This document shows positions 19,278 through 31,445 of a stretch of 64,000 nucleotides of DNA, piece after piece (position 1 is the stretch's first letter; each line of letters starts with the position of its first letter). The notes below the pieces were generated by a model. It ran no database searches. It was given only the letters and a program-made list of their open reading frames with translations, and was not told where the DNA came from. This stretch comes from an uncultured delta proteobacterium (GTDB lineage Bacteria > Myxococcota > Myxococcia > Myxococcales > Myxococcaceae): assembly GCA_963796055.1 (NCBI GenBank), contig CAWCKH010000004.1:3264001-3328000 (forward strand), in the 5' to 3' direction. Both the position numbers and the translations under genes were made by a program.

Positions 19278-20354
19278 ATGCCCCGACAGACGCCACTCAA
19301 CCGGGTTCACCGCGCGCTCGGTGCGCGGATGGTCGACTTCGCCGGCTGGGACATGCCGGTCCAGTACACCGGGGTGGTGGCCGAGCACGAGGCGGTGCGC
19401 TCCCGGGCCGGCCTGTTCGACGTCTCCCACATGGGGGAGATCGAGTTCCGCGGCGAGGGGGCGCTGGAGAGCGCCAACGCGCTCATCACCAATGACCTGG
19501 GGAAGGCCACCGACGGGCAGGCGGTGTACGCCGGGCTGCTGAACCACCAGGGTGGCTTCGTCGACGACGTGGTGGCCTACCGCTTCTCGCCCGAGCACGT
19601 CCTGATCTGCGTGAACGCCAGCAACCGGGAGAAGGACTTCGCCTGGATGACCGAGAACACCCCCCGGGTGCAGCCGGTCAACCGGAGCGACGACTTCGCC
19701 CAGCTCGCCATCCAGGGGCCGAAGGCAGCGGGCATCGTGCAGACCTTGACCGACCTGCCGCTGCAGTCCATCGCCACCTACCGCTTCCGCGAGGGGACGG
19801 TGGCCGGGGTGCCGTGCATCGTCTCCCGCACCGGTTACACCGGCGAGGACGGCTTCGAGCTCTACTGCCCACCCGAGCGGGCCGAGCACCTCTGGAACGC
19901 GCTGCTCGAGGCGGGGCGGCCGGCGGGCCTGGTCCCCGCCGGGCTCGGGGCCCGGGACACCCTGCGCACCGAGATGAAGTACGCGCTCTACGGGAACGAC
20001 ATCGACGACGCCCACACCCCGCTCGAGGCAGCCCTGGGGTGGATCGTCAAGTGGGACAAGGGCGAGTTCGTGGGACGCGGGGCGATCGCCGAGCAGAAGG
20101 CGGCCGGCGTCCCGCGCAAGCTGGTCGGTTTCGAGATGCGCGAGCCCGGCATCCCTCGCCACGGCTACCCCATCCTCCAGGACGGTAAGCGGGTGGGGGA
20201 GGTGACCTCCGGAACCCAGGGTCCGACGGTGAAGAAGGCCATCGGCATCGGGTATGTGCCCCCACCCCTGGCCGCCGAGGGGACGCCGCTGGAGATCGAG
20301 ATCCGCGGCCGCCCGGTCCGCGCCGAGGTGGTGAAGACGCCGTTCAAGCGCTAG
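19278..20354 (+). CDS. gcvT: Glycine cleavage system T protein
   Basis: FAGWDMPVQY, LFDVSHMGE, RTGYTGEDGFE, GLGARDTLR. Confidence 0.97.
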   Translation: MPRQTPLNRVHRALGARMVDFAGWDMPVQYTGVVAEHEAVRSRAGLFDVSHMGEIEFRGEGALESANALITNDLGKATDGQAVYAGLLNHQGGFVDDVVAYRFSPEHVLICVNASNREKDFAWMTENTPRVQPVNRSDDFAQLAIQGPKAAGIVQTLTDLPLQSIATYRFREGTVAGVPCIVSRTGYTGEDGFELYCPPERAEHLWNALLEAGRPAGLVPAGLGARDTLRTEMKYALYGNDIDDAHTPLEAALGWIVKWDKGEFVGRGAIAEQKAAGVPRKLVGFEMREPGIPRHGYPILQDGKRVGEVTSGTQGPTVKKAIGIGYVPPPLAAEGTPLEIEIRGRPVRAEVVKTPFKR

Positions 20355-20366
20355 GGAACGAGAGCA

Positions 20367-20759
20367 ATGGCCGACAATCCGAAGAACCTCCGCTACACCA
20401 AGGAGCACGAGTGGGCCCGGCGCGACGGCGGCGCGGTGGTGGTGGGGGTGACTGCCCATGCTCAGGAGGCGCTGGGGGACGTGGTGTATGTCGAGCTGCC
20501 GAAGGTGGGCGACACCGTGACCGCCGGGAAGCCGTTCGGGGTGGTCGAGTCCACCAAGGCGGTGAGCGAGCTGTTCGCTCCCATCTCCGGCAAGGTGACC
20601 CGGGTGAACACCGCGCTCTCCGACGAGCCGTCCACCATCAACTCGGACCCGTACGGGGCGGGGTGGATCGTCGAGGTCGAGCCGTCGGACCCGTCCCAGC
20701 TCGAGGGGCTGATGGACGCCGACGCCTACAACGACCTGCTGGCGAAGGCCGCGACCTGA
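20367..20759 (+). CDS. gcvH: Glycine cleavage system H protein
   Basis: YTKEHEW, VESTKAVSE lipoyl-Lys motif, INSDPYGAGW. Confidence 0.97.
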   Translation: MADNPKNLRYTKEHEWARRDGGAVVVGVTAHAQEALGDVVYVELPKVGDTVTAGKPFGVVESTKAVSELFAPISGKVTRVNTALSDEPSTINSDPYGAGWIVEVEPSDPSQLEGLMDADAYNDLLAKAAT

Positions 20760-20993
20760 CAGCAGAAACGGGTCGAGGCCGCCTCACCCCGGTCCGAACG
20801 CCACCGGGCCTCCGACCCTGCCTTGTGGCCGCCTTGCGTCCCCGACTGCGGGCCTGGGGAGCAATCCGCCGTGAATCCCGGAGGCGGCCACCGTGACCGA
20901 GCCAGCGTGGTCCGGTCCTGTTAAACGGGCGTCTTCACAAATTGCCGTCGGAGGCGCTGGCTCGCCCGCCCTCCCGCCAGGAACCCCGCTTCG

Positions 20994-23867
<2,874 letters not shown>

Positions 23868-23876
23868 GGGCGGACG

Positions 23877-25112
23877 TCAGTTGTTCCGGAAGATGCGCAT
23901 CAGCGGCCGGCCACCGGTCTCGAGGTAGAAGCCGAAGGGGAAGGTGACCGTCCCATCCTTGCCCATCAGCCCCGGCGGCGGGTTGGGGAAGGGCTGGGCG
24001 CGGCGGAAGCTGACGATGGCCGCCTCGTCGAGGAAGTCGACGCCGCTCGAGCGCTGCACCTTGATGTCCTTCACCAGCCCGTCACCGCCCAGCGTGACGT
24101 CGAGGATGGTGTAGCGGTCGCGCCCGCCGTAGATCTCCCCGGTCGGGTCCCGCTGGCGGAGCGGCTCGTTGGGGTCCCAGTTGCGGCCCACCGCCTGCTT
24201 CACCCGGTTGAAGAACGTCGCGTACTTCCACTCCCGGGTGTTGAGGAACGTGCCCTCGCCCTGGTCGACGTCCTGGAGGTGATCATTGGGGGCGGCGCCG
24301 ATGATCTTGTCCAGGGCGGCGCTGCTCGGCATCAGCTGCGACAGGGTGGGAAGACCCGCCTTGCCGGCGCTGCCCTGGTCGCCCTCCTCGCCGGGCTTCC
24401 CGGGATCGACGCGCAACCGGTCGGAATTGCCCTGCAGCGGCGCGCTCTCCCCCTGGTTCCGGACGCTCGCCCCGGGGCCCTTGTTCGTCTGCTCCTTGAG
24501 AGCGATGCGGTCCCGCTGCTGGATGCTCGGGACGTCGAACACCGGCCGCTGGCCGCCGCCCTTCTGCGCCGGGCGCGCGTCCTGGCCGGTGCCGTTGTTG
24601 CCCTGGACCACCAGCTGTGCGGCCTCGTCCTTTCCGGTGGTCTTCCGCTCCTCGGTGGCGGTCTGCCGCGGCATGGCGTTCCGGTAGAAGGGCGTCTGGT
24701 CCCGGGCCTTGCTCTCCTTGTCCACCCGGTTGTTCTTCTCCGCCAGGTACTTCGCGTCCGGGGACTCCTGCTCGTTGCCCGGCGCCACGTCGACCACCTG
24801 GCCCCGGGGGTTCTTCTCCTCCTTGGGCTCGGGCTTCTTGGCCTCCGCGCGGCGCTGCGGCTCGGGACGCTCCTGCTCCCGGGGCTGGCCGCGGTTCTTC
24901 GCCCAGGCGCGGGGGTCGATGTTCCGCAGGGTCACCGCCTGCGGCTTGGGGCGCTGGCGGTCCCCGCCGGGCCACTTCACCGACACGAAGTTCATGACCA
25001 GCAGCAGCCCGAGGACGCCGGCATGGAACAGCAGCGCCAGCAGCGCCGCGAGGAGCGCGGTCGTCGCCGGACGGCGGCGACGTCGTCGGGGGCTGGCGCC
25101 AAGAGGGCTCAC
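23877..25112 (-). CDS. TonB-family protein (N-terminal TM anchor, long linker, TonB C-terminal domain)
   Basis: LLALLFHAG TM with His; C-terminal RSSGVDFLDEAAIVSFRRAQPFPNPP. Confidence 0.85.
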   Translation of the reverse strand: MSPLGASPRRRRRRPATTALLAALLALLFHAGVLGLLLVMNFVSVKWPGGDRQRPKPQAVTLRNIDPRAWAKNRGQPREQERPEPQRRAEAKKPEPKEEKNPRGQVVDVAPGNEQESPDAKYLAEKNNRVDKESKARDQTPFYRNAMPRQTATEERKTTGKDEAAQLVVQGNNGTGQDARPAQKGGGQRPVFDVPSIQQRDRIALKEQTNKGPGASVRNQGESAPLQGNSDRLRVDPGKPGEEGDQGSAGKAGLPTLSQLMPSSAALDKIIGAAPNDHLQDVDQGEGTFLNTREWKYATFFNRVKQAVGRNWDPNEPLRQRDPTGEIYGGRDRYTILDVTLGGDGLVKDIKVQRSSGVDFLDEAAIVSFRRAQPFPNPPPGLMGKDGTVTFPFGFYLETGGRPLMRIFRNN

Positions 25113-25271
25113 GTGACGGTCTTACATAACTGGAAGCCGCGGCCCCGACCTACTCGACGCCGGGGCTCCTGCGCCACCGACCGCCGCGGCCCTGACATAA
25201 CCCCGGAGAGGGAGGGCTGTTCCAGCCAGGTAGGCACCCATGCGCCCTTGGGCCAATGGCCGGGTCCATCC

Positions 25272-26996
25272 CTACTCGTAGATGCGCGCCACCTCGGCGC
25301 CGTTGAAATAATGCCGGAGGATGGCCCGGTAGTCCTGCCCGGCCTCCGCGCGGCCAATCGCCCCGGTCTGGCACAGGCCGACCCCGTGCCCCCAGCCCCC
25401 GCCGCGGAAGACGAAACCCACCGGGTTGCCCCGTGCGTCGTGCTCCTCGGTCACGGTGAAGAGCGCGCTGTTGAGCATCCCGAGCTGCCTGCGGATGGTC
25501 AGCTCCCCGCGAAGCTCGGTCGCCCCGCGGGTCCCGGAGACCAGCAGAAGCCGCACCCGTCCCGAGGCGCCGCGCTCGAGCGGCTGGAGATGCCGGACCG
25601 ACCCCACGCCCAGGGGCTCGATGAGCGCATCCAGCTGATGCGCGGTGAAGCGCTTCTCCCACCGGTACCGGGTGGGCTGGGCGAACCGGCCCCGGCGACA
25701 GGCAGCGGGCAGGTCGAAGGCGAGGAAACGCTCCGGCGAGCGGCGTGGATCGGGCATCCCCAGCACGGGCTCCAGCACGTCCGGCCGTCCCCGCAGGCTC
25801 GGATCGGGCACGCCGCCCCAGACCGCCTCGTTGTCCTCGGTGTGTCCACCACACACCGCGCTGTACACCGAGTCCACCAGCCGACCCTCGGTGGAGAAGA
25901 GCGCCAGGCCCCGCGTCGCCTCCACCGCCGCGTTGGTGGATGGCGTCTCGCCGGTGCGGCCCCGGTACACCGCGCAGTGCTGCTCGGAGCAGAGGAGGTA
26001 GGGGTCCGCCAGGTGGCGGGTGCCCACCTTGGCCAGCACCTCGCCGCGGGCGGTGACCGCCTGCGCCTTCAGAGCCTCGGCGGGGGCGGCGGCGAAGATC
26101 TCCGCCGGCACGAGCCCCCGGAGGAGGTCCTCGAGCGAGACCAGGTTGACCACCGCGATGGTGCCCGCGCCATCGGCGGCAAAGGTGAGAGCGCCGCGGT
26201 AGCTCCGGGTCTCGAATCCATGGTTCGGGTAGCCCACCGCGAACTCCACCGAGCGCACCTCGAAGCCCTCGCCGCCCGGCGTCTCGGCACGGATGGGCCC
26301 CTCGCTGGTGCCGAGCACCGTGCCGTCGGCCATGTCCAGCCGGAGCCGCATCTGCGCGGCCGTGCGCACCTCCTCGGCGAGCGTGGTGCGCGCGGCCCAG
26401 GTCCGCAGCAGCTCGGCCTGCCGCGCCGAGGCCTCCGAGGAAGGTAGCGCGGGGTCGAGGAGCACCAGCACCTTCCGGTTGTCGAGGATTTTCCCCACGA
26501 TGCCGTAGACCTGCCCCAGCTGCTCGAGCCGCACCTGGAACCCGCGGCCTTCCCAGACGGCGCGCTCGGCCGCGATGCCCTCCTTGTCGGCCCAGGCGAG
26601 CTCGGACGTCTGAAGCCGGAACCGCCGGTCCGCGGGGGTGCCGTCCAGCCAGCGGACGACCAGCGGCGTACCGGCCGGTGCCTCGACCAGCTTCTCCGGC
26701 TCGCCGGGAAGCACCAGCCGCACCCGACCGCCGGGGACGAACGCCACCTCCCGTCGGTTCTCCATCAGCCGCACCGGGACGGTGGGCTCGCCTGCCCGGA
26801 CGTCCAGCCGTCGGGACGACGGCGGGGGCGGAACGTCCAGCGGCGGCGGGCCTGCGTCGGGCGGTTCGGCGGCCGGGGCCACTGTCACCACCGGCGCCGG
26901 CGGGGCAGGTGGCGGGAGGCGCGACGCCGCGCAGGCCGCACAGGTGAGGGCGAGGAGCCACGGTGAAACGACACCTGTCCCGCGCAGCCGAGTCAC
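25272..26996 (-). CDS. SpoIID/LytB domain protein (probable lipoprotein, lytic transglycosylase-like)
   Basis: LRGLVPAE, EALKAQAVTAR, AVEATRG, YSAVCGGHTE, GGGWGHGVGLCQTGA, ILRHYF; start uncertain. Confidence 0.9.
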   Translation of the reverse strand: MTRLRGTGVVSPWLLALTCAACAASRLPPPAPPAPVVTVAPAAEPPDAGPPPLDVPPPPSSRRLDVRAGEPTVPVRLMENRREVAFVPGGRVRLVLPGEPEKLVEAPAGTPLVVRWLDGTPADRRFRLQTSELAWADKEGIAAERAVWEGRGFQVRLEQLGQVYGIVGKILDNRKVLVLLDPALPSSEASARQAELLRTWAARTTLAEEVRTAAQMRLRLDMADGTVLGTSEGPIRAETPGGEGFEVRSVEFAVGYPNHGFETRSYRGALTFAADGAGTIAVVNLVSLEDLLRGLVPAEIFAAAPAEALKAQAVTARGEVLAKVGTRHLADPYLLCSEQHCAVYRGRTGETPSTNAAVEATRGLALFSTEGRLVDSVYSAVCGGHTEDNEAVWGGVPDPSLRGRPDVLEPVLGMPDPRRSPERFLAFDLPAACRRGRFAQPTRYRWEKRFTAHQLDALIEPLGVGSVRHLQPLERGASGRVRLLLVSGTRGATELRGELTIRRQLGMLNSALFTVTEEHDARGNPVGFVFRGGGWGHGVGLCQTGAIGRAEAGQDYRAILRHYFNGAEVARIYE

Positions 26997-27006
26997 GTCA
27001 GGGAAG

Positions 27007-27078
27007 AGGCGCCACCCGGATTCGAACCGGGGAATGAGGGTTTTGCAGACCCTTGCCTTACCACTTGGCGATGGCGCC
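27007..27078 (-). tRNA. tRNA-Cys(GCA)
   Basis: GGCGCCATCGCCAAGTGGTAAGGCAAGGGTCTGCAAAACCCTC...GGTTCGAATCCGGGTGGCGCCT cloverleaf; CCA not encoded. Confidence 0.95.
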
Positions 27079-27143
27079 CGAAGCGACCGCGGGTTTGTAG
27101 GGCACGGCCGCTGTACCGGTCAAGGAATGGCAGAATAACTCCC

Positions 27144-28214
27144 ATGGCCAAGCTCCGCGCCTTCCTGGTGGGCGCCACCGGCATCGCCGGTCAGCAGTTC
27201 GTCTCCGCACTCCGCGACCATCCGTGGTTCGAGATCGGCGCCATCGCCGCGTCCCCGCGCAACGCTGGACGACGCTACGACGAGGCCGTGGCAGGGGCGT
27301 GGTTCCTCTCCGAGCCCATCCCTCCGGAGATCGCCGCCCTCCGTCTCCTGGATCCCGGCGCGACGCCGCGCGGGGTGGACCTGGTCTTCTCCGCCGTGGA
27401 GTCCGACGTGGCGAAGGAGCTCGAGCCGCGACTCGCCGCCGAGCTTCCGGTCATCAGCGCCGCCAGCACCTTCCGGATGGAGCCGGACGTGCCGCTGCTC
27501 ATCCCTCCGGTGAATGCGGCGCATGTGGGACTCCTCGCCGCCCAGCGCGCCCGGGGCTGGCGCGGCTCGGTCGCTCCCATTCCCAACTGCACCGCCACCG
27601 GGCTGGCGGTGGTGCTGGCCCCGCTCGCCGAGCGCTTCGGCATCCGCTCGGTGGTGATGACCTCGCTCCAGGCCGTGTCGGGCGCGGGGCGCTCTCCCGG
27701 CGTGGCCGCCCTGGACATCCTGGACAACGTCGTCCCCTACATCGCCAAGGAGGAGGGCAAGGTCGAGGCGGAGACGCGGAAGATCCTCGGCCGCTGGGCT
27801 CCGGGCGCCTCGAGCGTCGAGGCGCTCTCCCTCAAGATGAGCGCCACCTGCACCCGGGTCGCGGTTCAGGACGGACACACCGAGGTGGTCTCGGTGGGCC
27901 TCGGCCGGCCGGCGAGCCTCGACGAGGTCAAGGACGCGCTCCGGAGCTGGGAGGGTAGCCCCGAGGCTCGCGACCTGCCCTCGTCGGCTCCCCGGTGGAT
28001 CGAGGTGCTCGAGGCCCAGGACCGCCCCCAGCCCCGGCTCGACCGGGACACGCACGGAGGGATGGCCACCAGCGTGGGCCGCCTCCGGGAGGACTCCGTC
28101 CTCGAGCACGGGGTGAAGCTGGTGCTGGTCTCGCACAACACCAAGATGGGCGCCGCCAAGGGCGCAGTGCTGGTCGCCGAGCTGATGCGCGCCAGAGGGT
28201 TCCTCGGCAAGTAG
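27144..28214 (+). CDS. asd: Aspartate-semialdehyde dehydrogenase
   Basis: VGATGIAGQ, PNCT active-site Cys, QAVSGAG, CTRVAVQDGH, HNTKMGAA. Confidence 0.93.
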   Translation: MAKLRAFLVGATGIAGQQFVSALRDHPWFEIGAIAASPRNAGRRYDEAVAGAWFLSEPIPPEIAALRLLDPGATPRGVDLVFSAVESDVAKELEPRLAAELPVISAASTFRMEPDVPLLIPPVNAAHVGLLAAQRARGWRGSVAPIPNCTATGLAVVLAPLAERFGIRSVVMTSLQAVSGAGRSPGVAALDILDNVVPYIAKEEGKVEAETRKILGRWAPGASSVEALSLKMSATCTRVAVQDGHTEVVSVGLGRPASLDEVKDALRSWEGSPEARDLPSSAPRWIEVLEAQDRPQPRLDRDTHGGMATSVGRLREDSVLEHGVKLVLVSHNTKMGAAKGAVLVAELMRARGFLGK

Positions 28215-28313
28215 GCCTCTTTCCATGCTTGCCCCGGAGGAGCGGATGCGCTCAGTTGGTGCCCGCGCGCTCCCGACCCGGATCGAGCGCCTCACAAGCG
28301 GAGATTCGCCGCC

Positions 28314-28637
28314 ATGGCTTACGTCGTCGCCGACCCTTGCGTGAAGTGCAAGTACACCGACTGCGTGGAGGTCTGCCCCGTCAACTGCTTCTACGAGGGG
28401 GAGAACATACTGGTCATCCACCCGGACGAGTGCATCGACTGTGGCGCCTGCGAGCCGGTGTGTCCGACCAAGGCGATCTTCCCCGAGTCGGACCTCCCGG
28501 AGAAGTGGGCGGAGTACAAGGAGATCAACGCCACGTCCTCGAAGACCTTGCCCAACATCTCGCAGAAGAAGGATCCCCTGCCCGAGGCCGAGGAGTTCAA
28601 GGACAAGGAGAACAAGCGTCCGTTGCTGAAGCTGTGA
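28314..28637 (+). CDS. fdxA: 7Fe/8Fe ferredoxin (FdxA type)
   Basis: [26 protein letters not shown]...[12 protein letters not shown]. Confidence 0.93.
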   Translation: MAYVVADPCVKCKYTDCVEVCPVNCFYEGENILVIHPDECIDCGACEPVCPTKAIFPESDLPEKWAEYKEINATSSKTLPNISQKKDPLPEAEEFKDKENKRPLLKL

Positions 28638-29367
28638 GCCCTCGGGCCTCGAGGCTCCGGACCGAGAGTCCGCGGGCCTCGAGAGCCTGACGGAGATCGC
28701 CCAGCTCGCGCGCCGACGGTGGCCGGCTCGAGGACAGCCGGATGGCGATCGCCCCCGGTGCCACGCGCTGCAGCTCGAGCTGGCCCGGGAGCCGGCCCCG
28801 GAGGGTGAGCGCGAGCGATGGCCGGCCACTCCGGACGAACTGCTCGATGCGCTCCACCAGCGCGAGCGCCCGCTCCACCCGACCCGCCGACCCCGAGAGG
28901 GATGCGCCCCCTCCGGCGCCCGTGGGCGCGGCGGTGGCGCTCATTCCCGCTCCAGCCGCGAGCGGATTGGCGGTGCGTCCCGGAGGTGGCCCCTCCACGC
29001 GTGCCACTCCGGCGAGGGTCTCCGTGCGGGTGGCCGCCTCGGTCCGGAGCGCGGTGTGGAGCAGCTCGGCCGCCCGCGCCTCCAGCCGTCCGGTTGCCTT
29101 GGCAGTGGCGACCGCCCCGTCGGACAGGCGCCGGCGCGCGGAGGCGTCCATCTCCTTGCGGGCCGCACCGCGCAGCTCGCCCGTGGCCAGCGCGACACGC
29201 GGCTCGACCGACGTGCGGGACGGGGTCACCGTCCTTTGCCGGCGCGGCGGGGCCGGCGGCTTGCGGACCGGGCGGTCGGTCCGTGCCCGGAGCAGCTCCT
29301 CGAAGCGCTTTCGCCCCGGAGCGTTGGGCCGTTCACTCGGTGGTGGATCGACGCGTTCGGGCTGCAT
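28597..29367 (-). CDS. Hypothetical protein, possible FliK/YscP-like C-terminal domain
   Basis: Low-complexity N-part and a compact C-terminal beta-beta-beta-alpha-beta pattern (SLALTL...QLELQR...IAIRL...[12 protein letters not shown]); 3' end overlaps fdxA by about 40 nt. Confidence 0.5.
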   Translation of the reverse strand: MQPERVDPPPSERPNAPGRKRFEELLRARTDRPVRKPPAPPRRQRTVTPSRTSVEPRVALATGELRGAARKEMDASARRRLSDGAVATAKATGRLEARAAELLHTALRTEAATRTETLAGVARVEGPPPGRTANPLAAGAGMSATAAPTGAGGGASLSGSAGRVERALALVERIEQFVRSGRPSLALTLRGRLPGQLELQRVAPGAIAIRLSSSRPPSARELGDLRQALEARGLSVRSLEARGLTASATDACSPCP

Positions 29368-29617
29368 GCGGCGCGGGTGAAACAAGGTTCGTGCCGGGGT
29401 TCCGCCCCCGGGAGCGGGTCCGCCCGGGGGTCCCTCGAGCGGGACGACCGTCCGGGCCGTGAGCTGTGGAGACCGAACACGAGCCGCAGTCCACGCGCGG
29501 TGTGCGCGTCGCGCGCGCACCTACCTGCGCAGGTCATTTCGCACCGGGCTGCCGCGCGTGCCCCAGGCTGCCGAGGGGTTGGCACGACAGTCGGATGCGG
29601 TAGGTTCCGGCCCCGGA

Positions 29618-30085
29618 ATGACGGCCCCCGACACCAAGCTCGTCATCGCCCAGGTGAAGAACGAGGCCGAGCTCTTCCAGGCGCTGGCCATCCGCGAGGT
29701 CGTCTTCATCGAGGAGCAGCACGTTCCCGAGACGATCGAGCGGGACGCGGAGGACGCACGCGCCTACCACCTGCTCGCCTTTGCCGAGGGCCACGCCATC
29801 GGCACCGGACGCCTGGTGGTGCTGCCCGCGGCCCCCGAGAGCGAGAAGGGCACCTGGGGGCAGATTGGTCGGATGGCGGTGCTCCAGTCGGAGCGCAAGC
29901 ACGGGGTGGGCAATCAGCTCCTCGCCGAGCTGGAGGGGGAGGCCCGCCGCCGGGGGTTGGCCGGTGTCCTGGTGCACGCGCAGCTGTACGCACTGGGATT
30001 CTACGAGCGCCACGGCTACCGGCCGGTGGGCGCGGTCTTCGAGGAGGCGGGCATCGACCACGTCGAGGCCCGCAAGCGACTGTAG
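29618..30085 (+). CDS. GNAT N-acetyltransferase (ElaA/YjcF-like)
   Basis: IREVVFIEEQ, IGTGRL, IGRMAV, RKHGVG, HAQ..A.GFYERHGY, FEEAGIDH. Confidence 0.9.
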   Translation: MTAPDTKLVIAQVKNEAELFQALAIREVVFIEEQHVPETIERDAEDARAYHLLAFAEGHAIGTGRLVVLPAAPESEKGTWGQIGRMAVLQSERKHGVGNQLLAELEGEARRRGLAGVLVHAQLYALGFYERHGYRPVGAVFEEAGIDHVEARKRL

Positions 30086-30101
30086 ATTCCGGAGTGAAGC
30101 G

Positions 30102-31352
30102 TCAGCCGACCGCGCGGGCCTCGCCGCGGGTCTTGCGGGGGCTCTCCACCATCCGCTCCAGAAAGCGTGGCAGCTGCAGCGCGCGCTCCACGCTCCGGGT
30201 CCGCAGCAGCCGGGCGCGCTCGCGGAATCCATCGCAGGCGAGCGCCAGCTGCTCCGACGCTGGCTGCAGATCCAGCACCTCGCGGATGCGCTGCAGCATC
30301 TCCTGCGTTCGCGGGGCGTAGAGGCCGAGCCGCTGGGTCTGGATGTAACCCACGTGGGCTCGCTCGCTTCCGGGGATGAAGTGGAAGAGGAGCAGCGGGC
30401 CGAGACCCACCTCGAGCAATTCCTGGAGCGTCGCCGGCGCGAGGCTTCCCAGCACCGGCACGTCGGCGAGCCCCATCAGCGCGGCGAGCACCTCGGAGGC
30501 CACGAAGCCAAAGAGGTGAAAGCCGTCGCGGGCCCGCGCACGGACCCGGGCCTCGAAGGTGCGATCTCGTCCGGCGACCACCACCACGTTCGCCGCCTCG
30601 CGCAGCGCGGGATCGGCGAGCACGGCGTCGAGCACCGGCTCGGTCTTGACGGTCCACGCCGAGCCGCCGAGAAAGAGCAGGGTGGGGCGTGAGAGGTCGA
30701 AGCCCGCGAACTCGGGATGCGCGGCCGTCACCTCGCCCTTCAGCGCGGCGCGCGCGGTGCCCCGGCCCTCGGAGCGGAGCCGCGCCCCGACGCGCACGAA
30801 GGGCTCGCGGGTGAGGAACCCGGAGAGGTGCAGCCGGGCCTCGGGCACGCCCAGTGCGCGGTAGTGCTCGAGCGTGGTCTCCTCCATCACGATGAGCGCG
30901 TCCGAGCGGAGCAAGGGCAGGGGCGGGTGGTACCCCGTGGCCGGGACACCGTAGTCGGGCACCGCAAGGACCAGCGGCGTCGAAAGCTCGAGCTCTCGGC
31001 GTACCCTGGCGAAGGCCATCGACTGCATCGGATGGGTGGTCACCAGGAGATCCAACGGCTCCTGCCCGAGCAGCGTCACTGCCTCGGTGTGCAGCTGCGG
31101 GCTCAGCGCCATCGCGGTCCTGAGCGCCCAGGGCTGGGCGCTCAGCTCGACGATCTTTCCCTGGAAGCGGGGAAGGAAGCGCACGCACACCGAGTAGAAC
31201 CGGTCGATGAGCTTGTCCGCCGAGCTCCACACCACCGGAGCGAGCCGCTGGTGCTCGGGGTCGACGCGGGCCAGCGCCGCGGCGAACGAGTCGCGGAGCG
31301 CATGGTGACCGCCTCCGGCGTTGAGCGAAGCGAGGAGGACGCGGCGGGTCAT
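30102..31352 (-). CDS. MGDG synthase/UgtP-like glycosyltransferase (GT-B)
   Basis: AGGGHH N-terminal motif, VTTHP, VPDY, FLGGS, VVVAGR, IPGSE. Confidence 0.75.
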   Translation of the reverse strand: MTRRVLLASLNAGGGHHALRDSFAAALARVDPEHQRLAPVVWSSADKLIDRFYSVCVRFLPRFQGKIVELSAQPWALRTAMALSPQLHTEAVTLLGQEPLDLLVTTHPMQSMAFARVRRELELSTPLVLAVPDYGVPATGYHPPLPLLRSDALIVMEETTLEHYRALGVPEARLHLSGFLTREPFVRVGARLRSEGRGTARAALKGEVTAAHPEFAGFDLSRPTLLFLGGSAWTVKTEPVLDAVLADPALREAANVVVVAGRDRTFEARVRARARDGFHLFGFVASEVLAALMGLADVPVLGSLAPATLQELLEVGLGPLLLFHFIPGSERAHVGYIQTQRLGLYAPRTQEMLQRIREVLDLQPASEQLALACDGFRERARLLRTRSVERALQLPRFLERMVESPRKTRGEARAVG

Positions 31353-31445
31353 CGGGGATCCCGGTGCAGGCAGCGGGGCACTAACATTCCGCGCCGACGG
31401 TCGCCAGTTCCACGCGCATCGATGCTCCAACCTGCTTCACTCTCC

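Noticed and set aside
27007..27078. tRNA-Cys (or the other tRNAs) as a prophage/island integration site
   Set aside because: No integrase and no duplicated tRNA 3' end were seen; the flanks are ordinary chromosomal genes.
28241..28262. tRNA-like fragment GCGGATGCGCTCAGTTGGT before fdxA
   Set aside because: No anticodon or T arm follows; probably chance.
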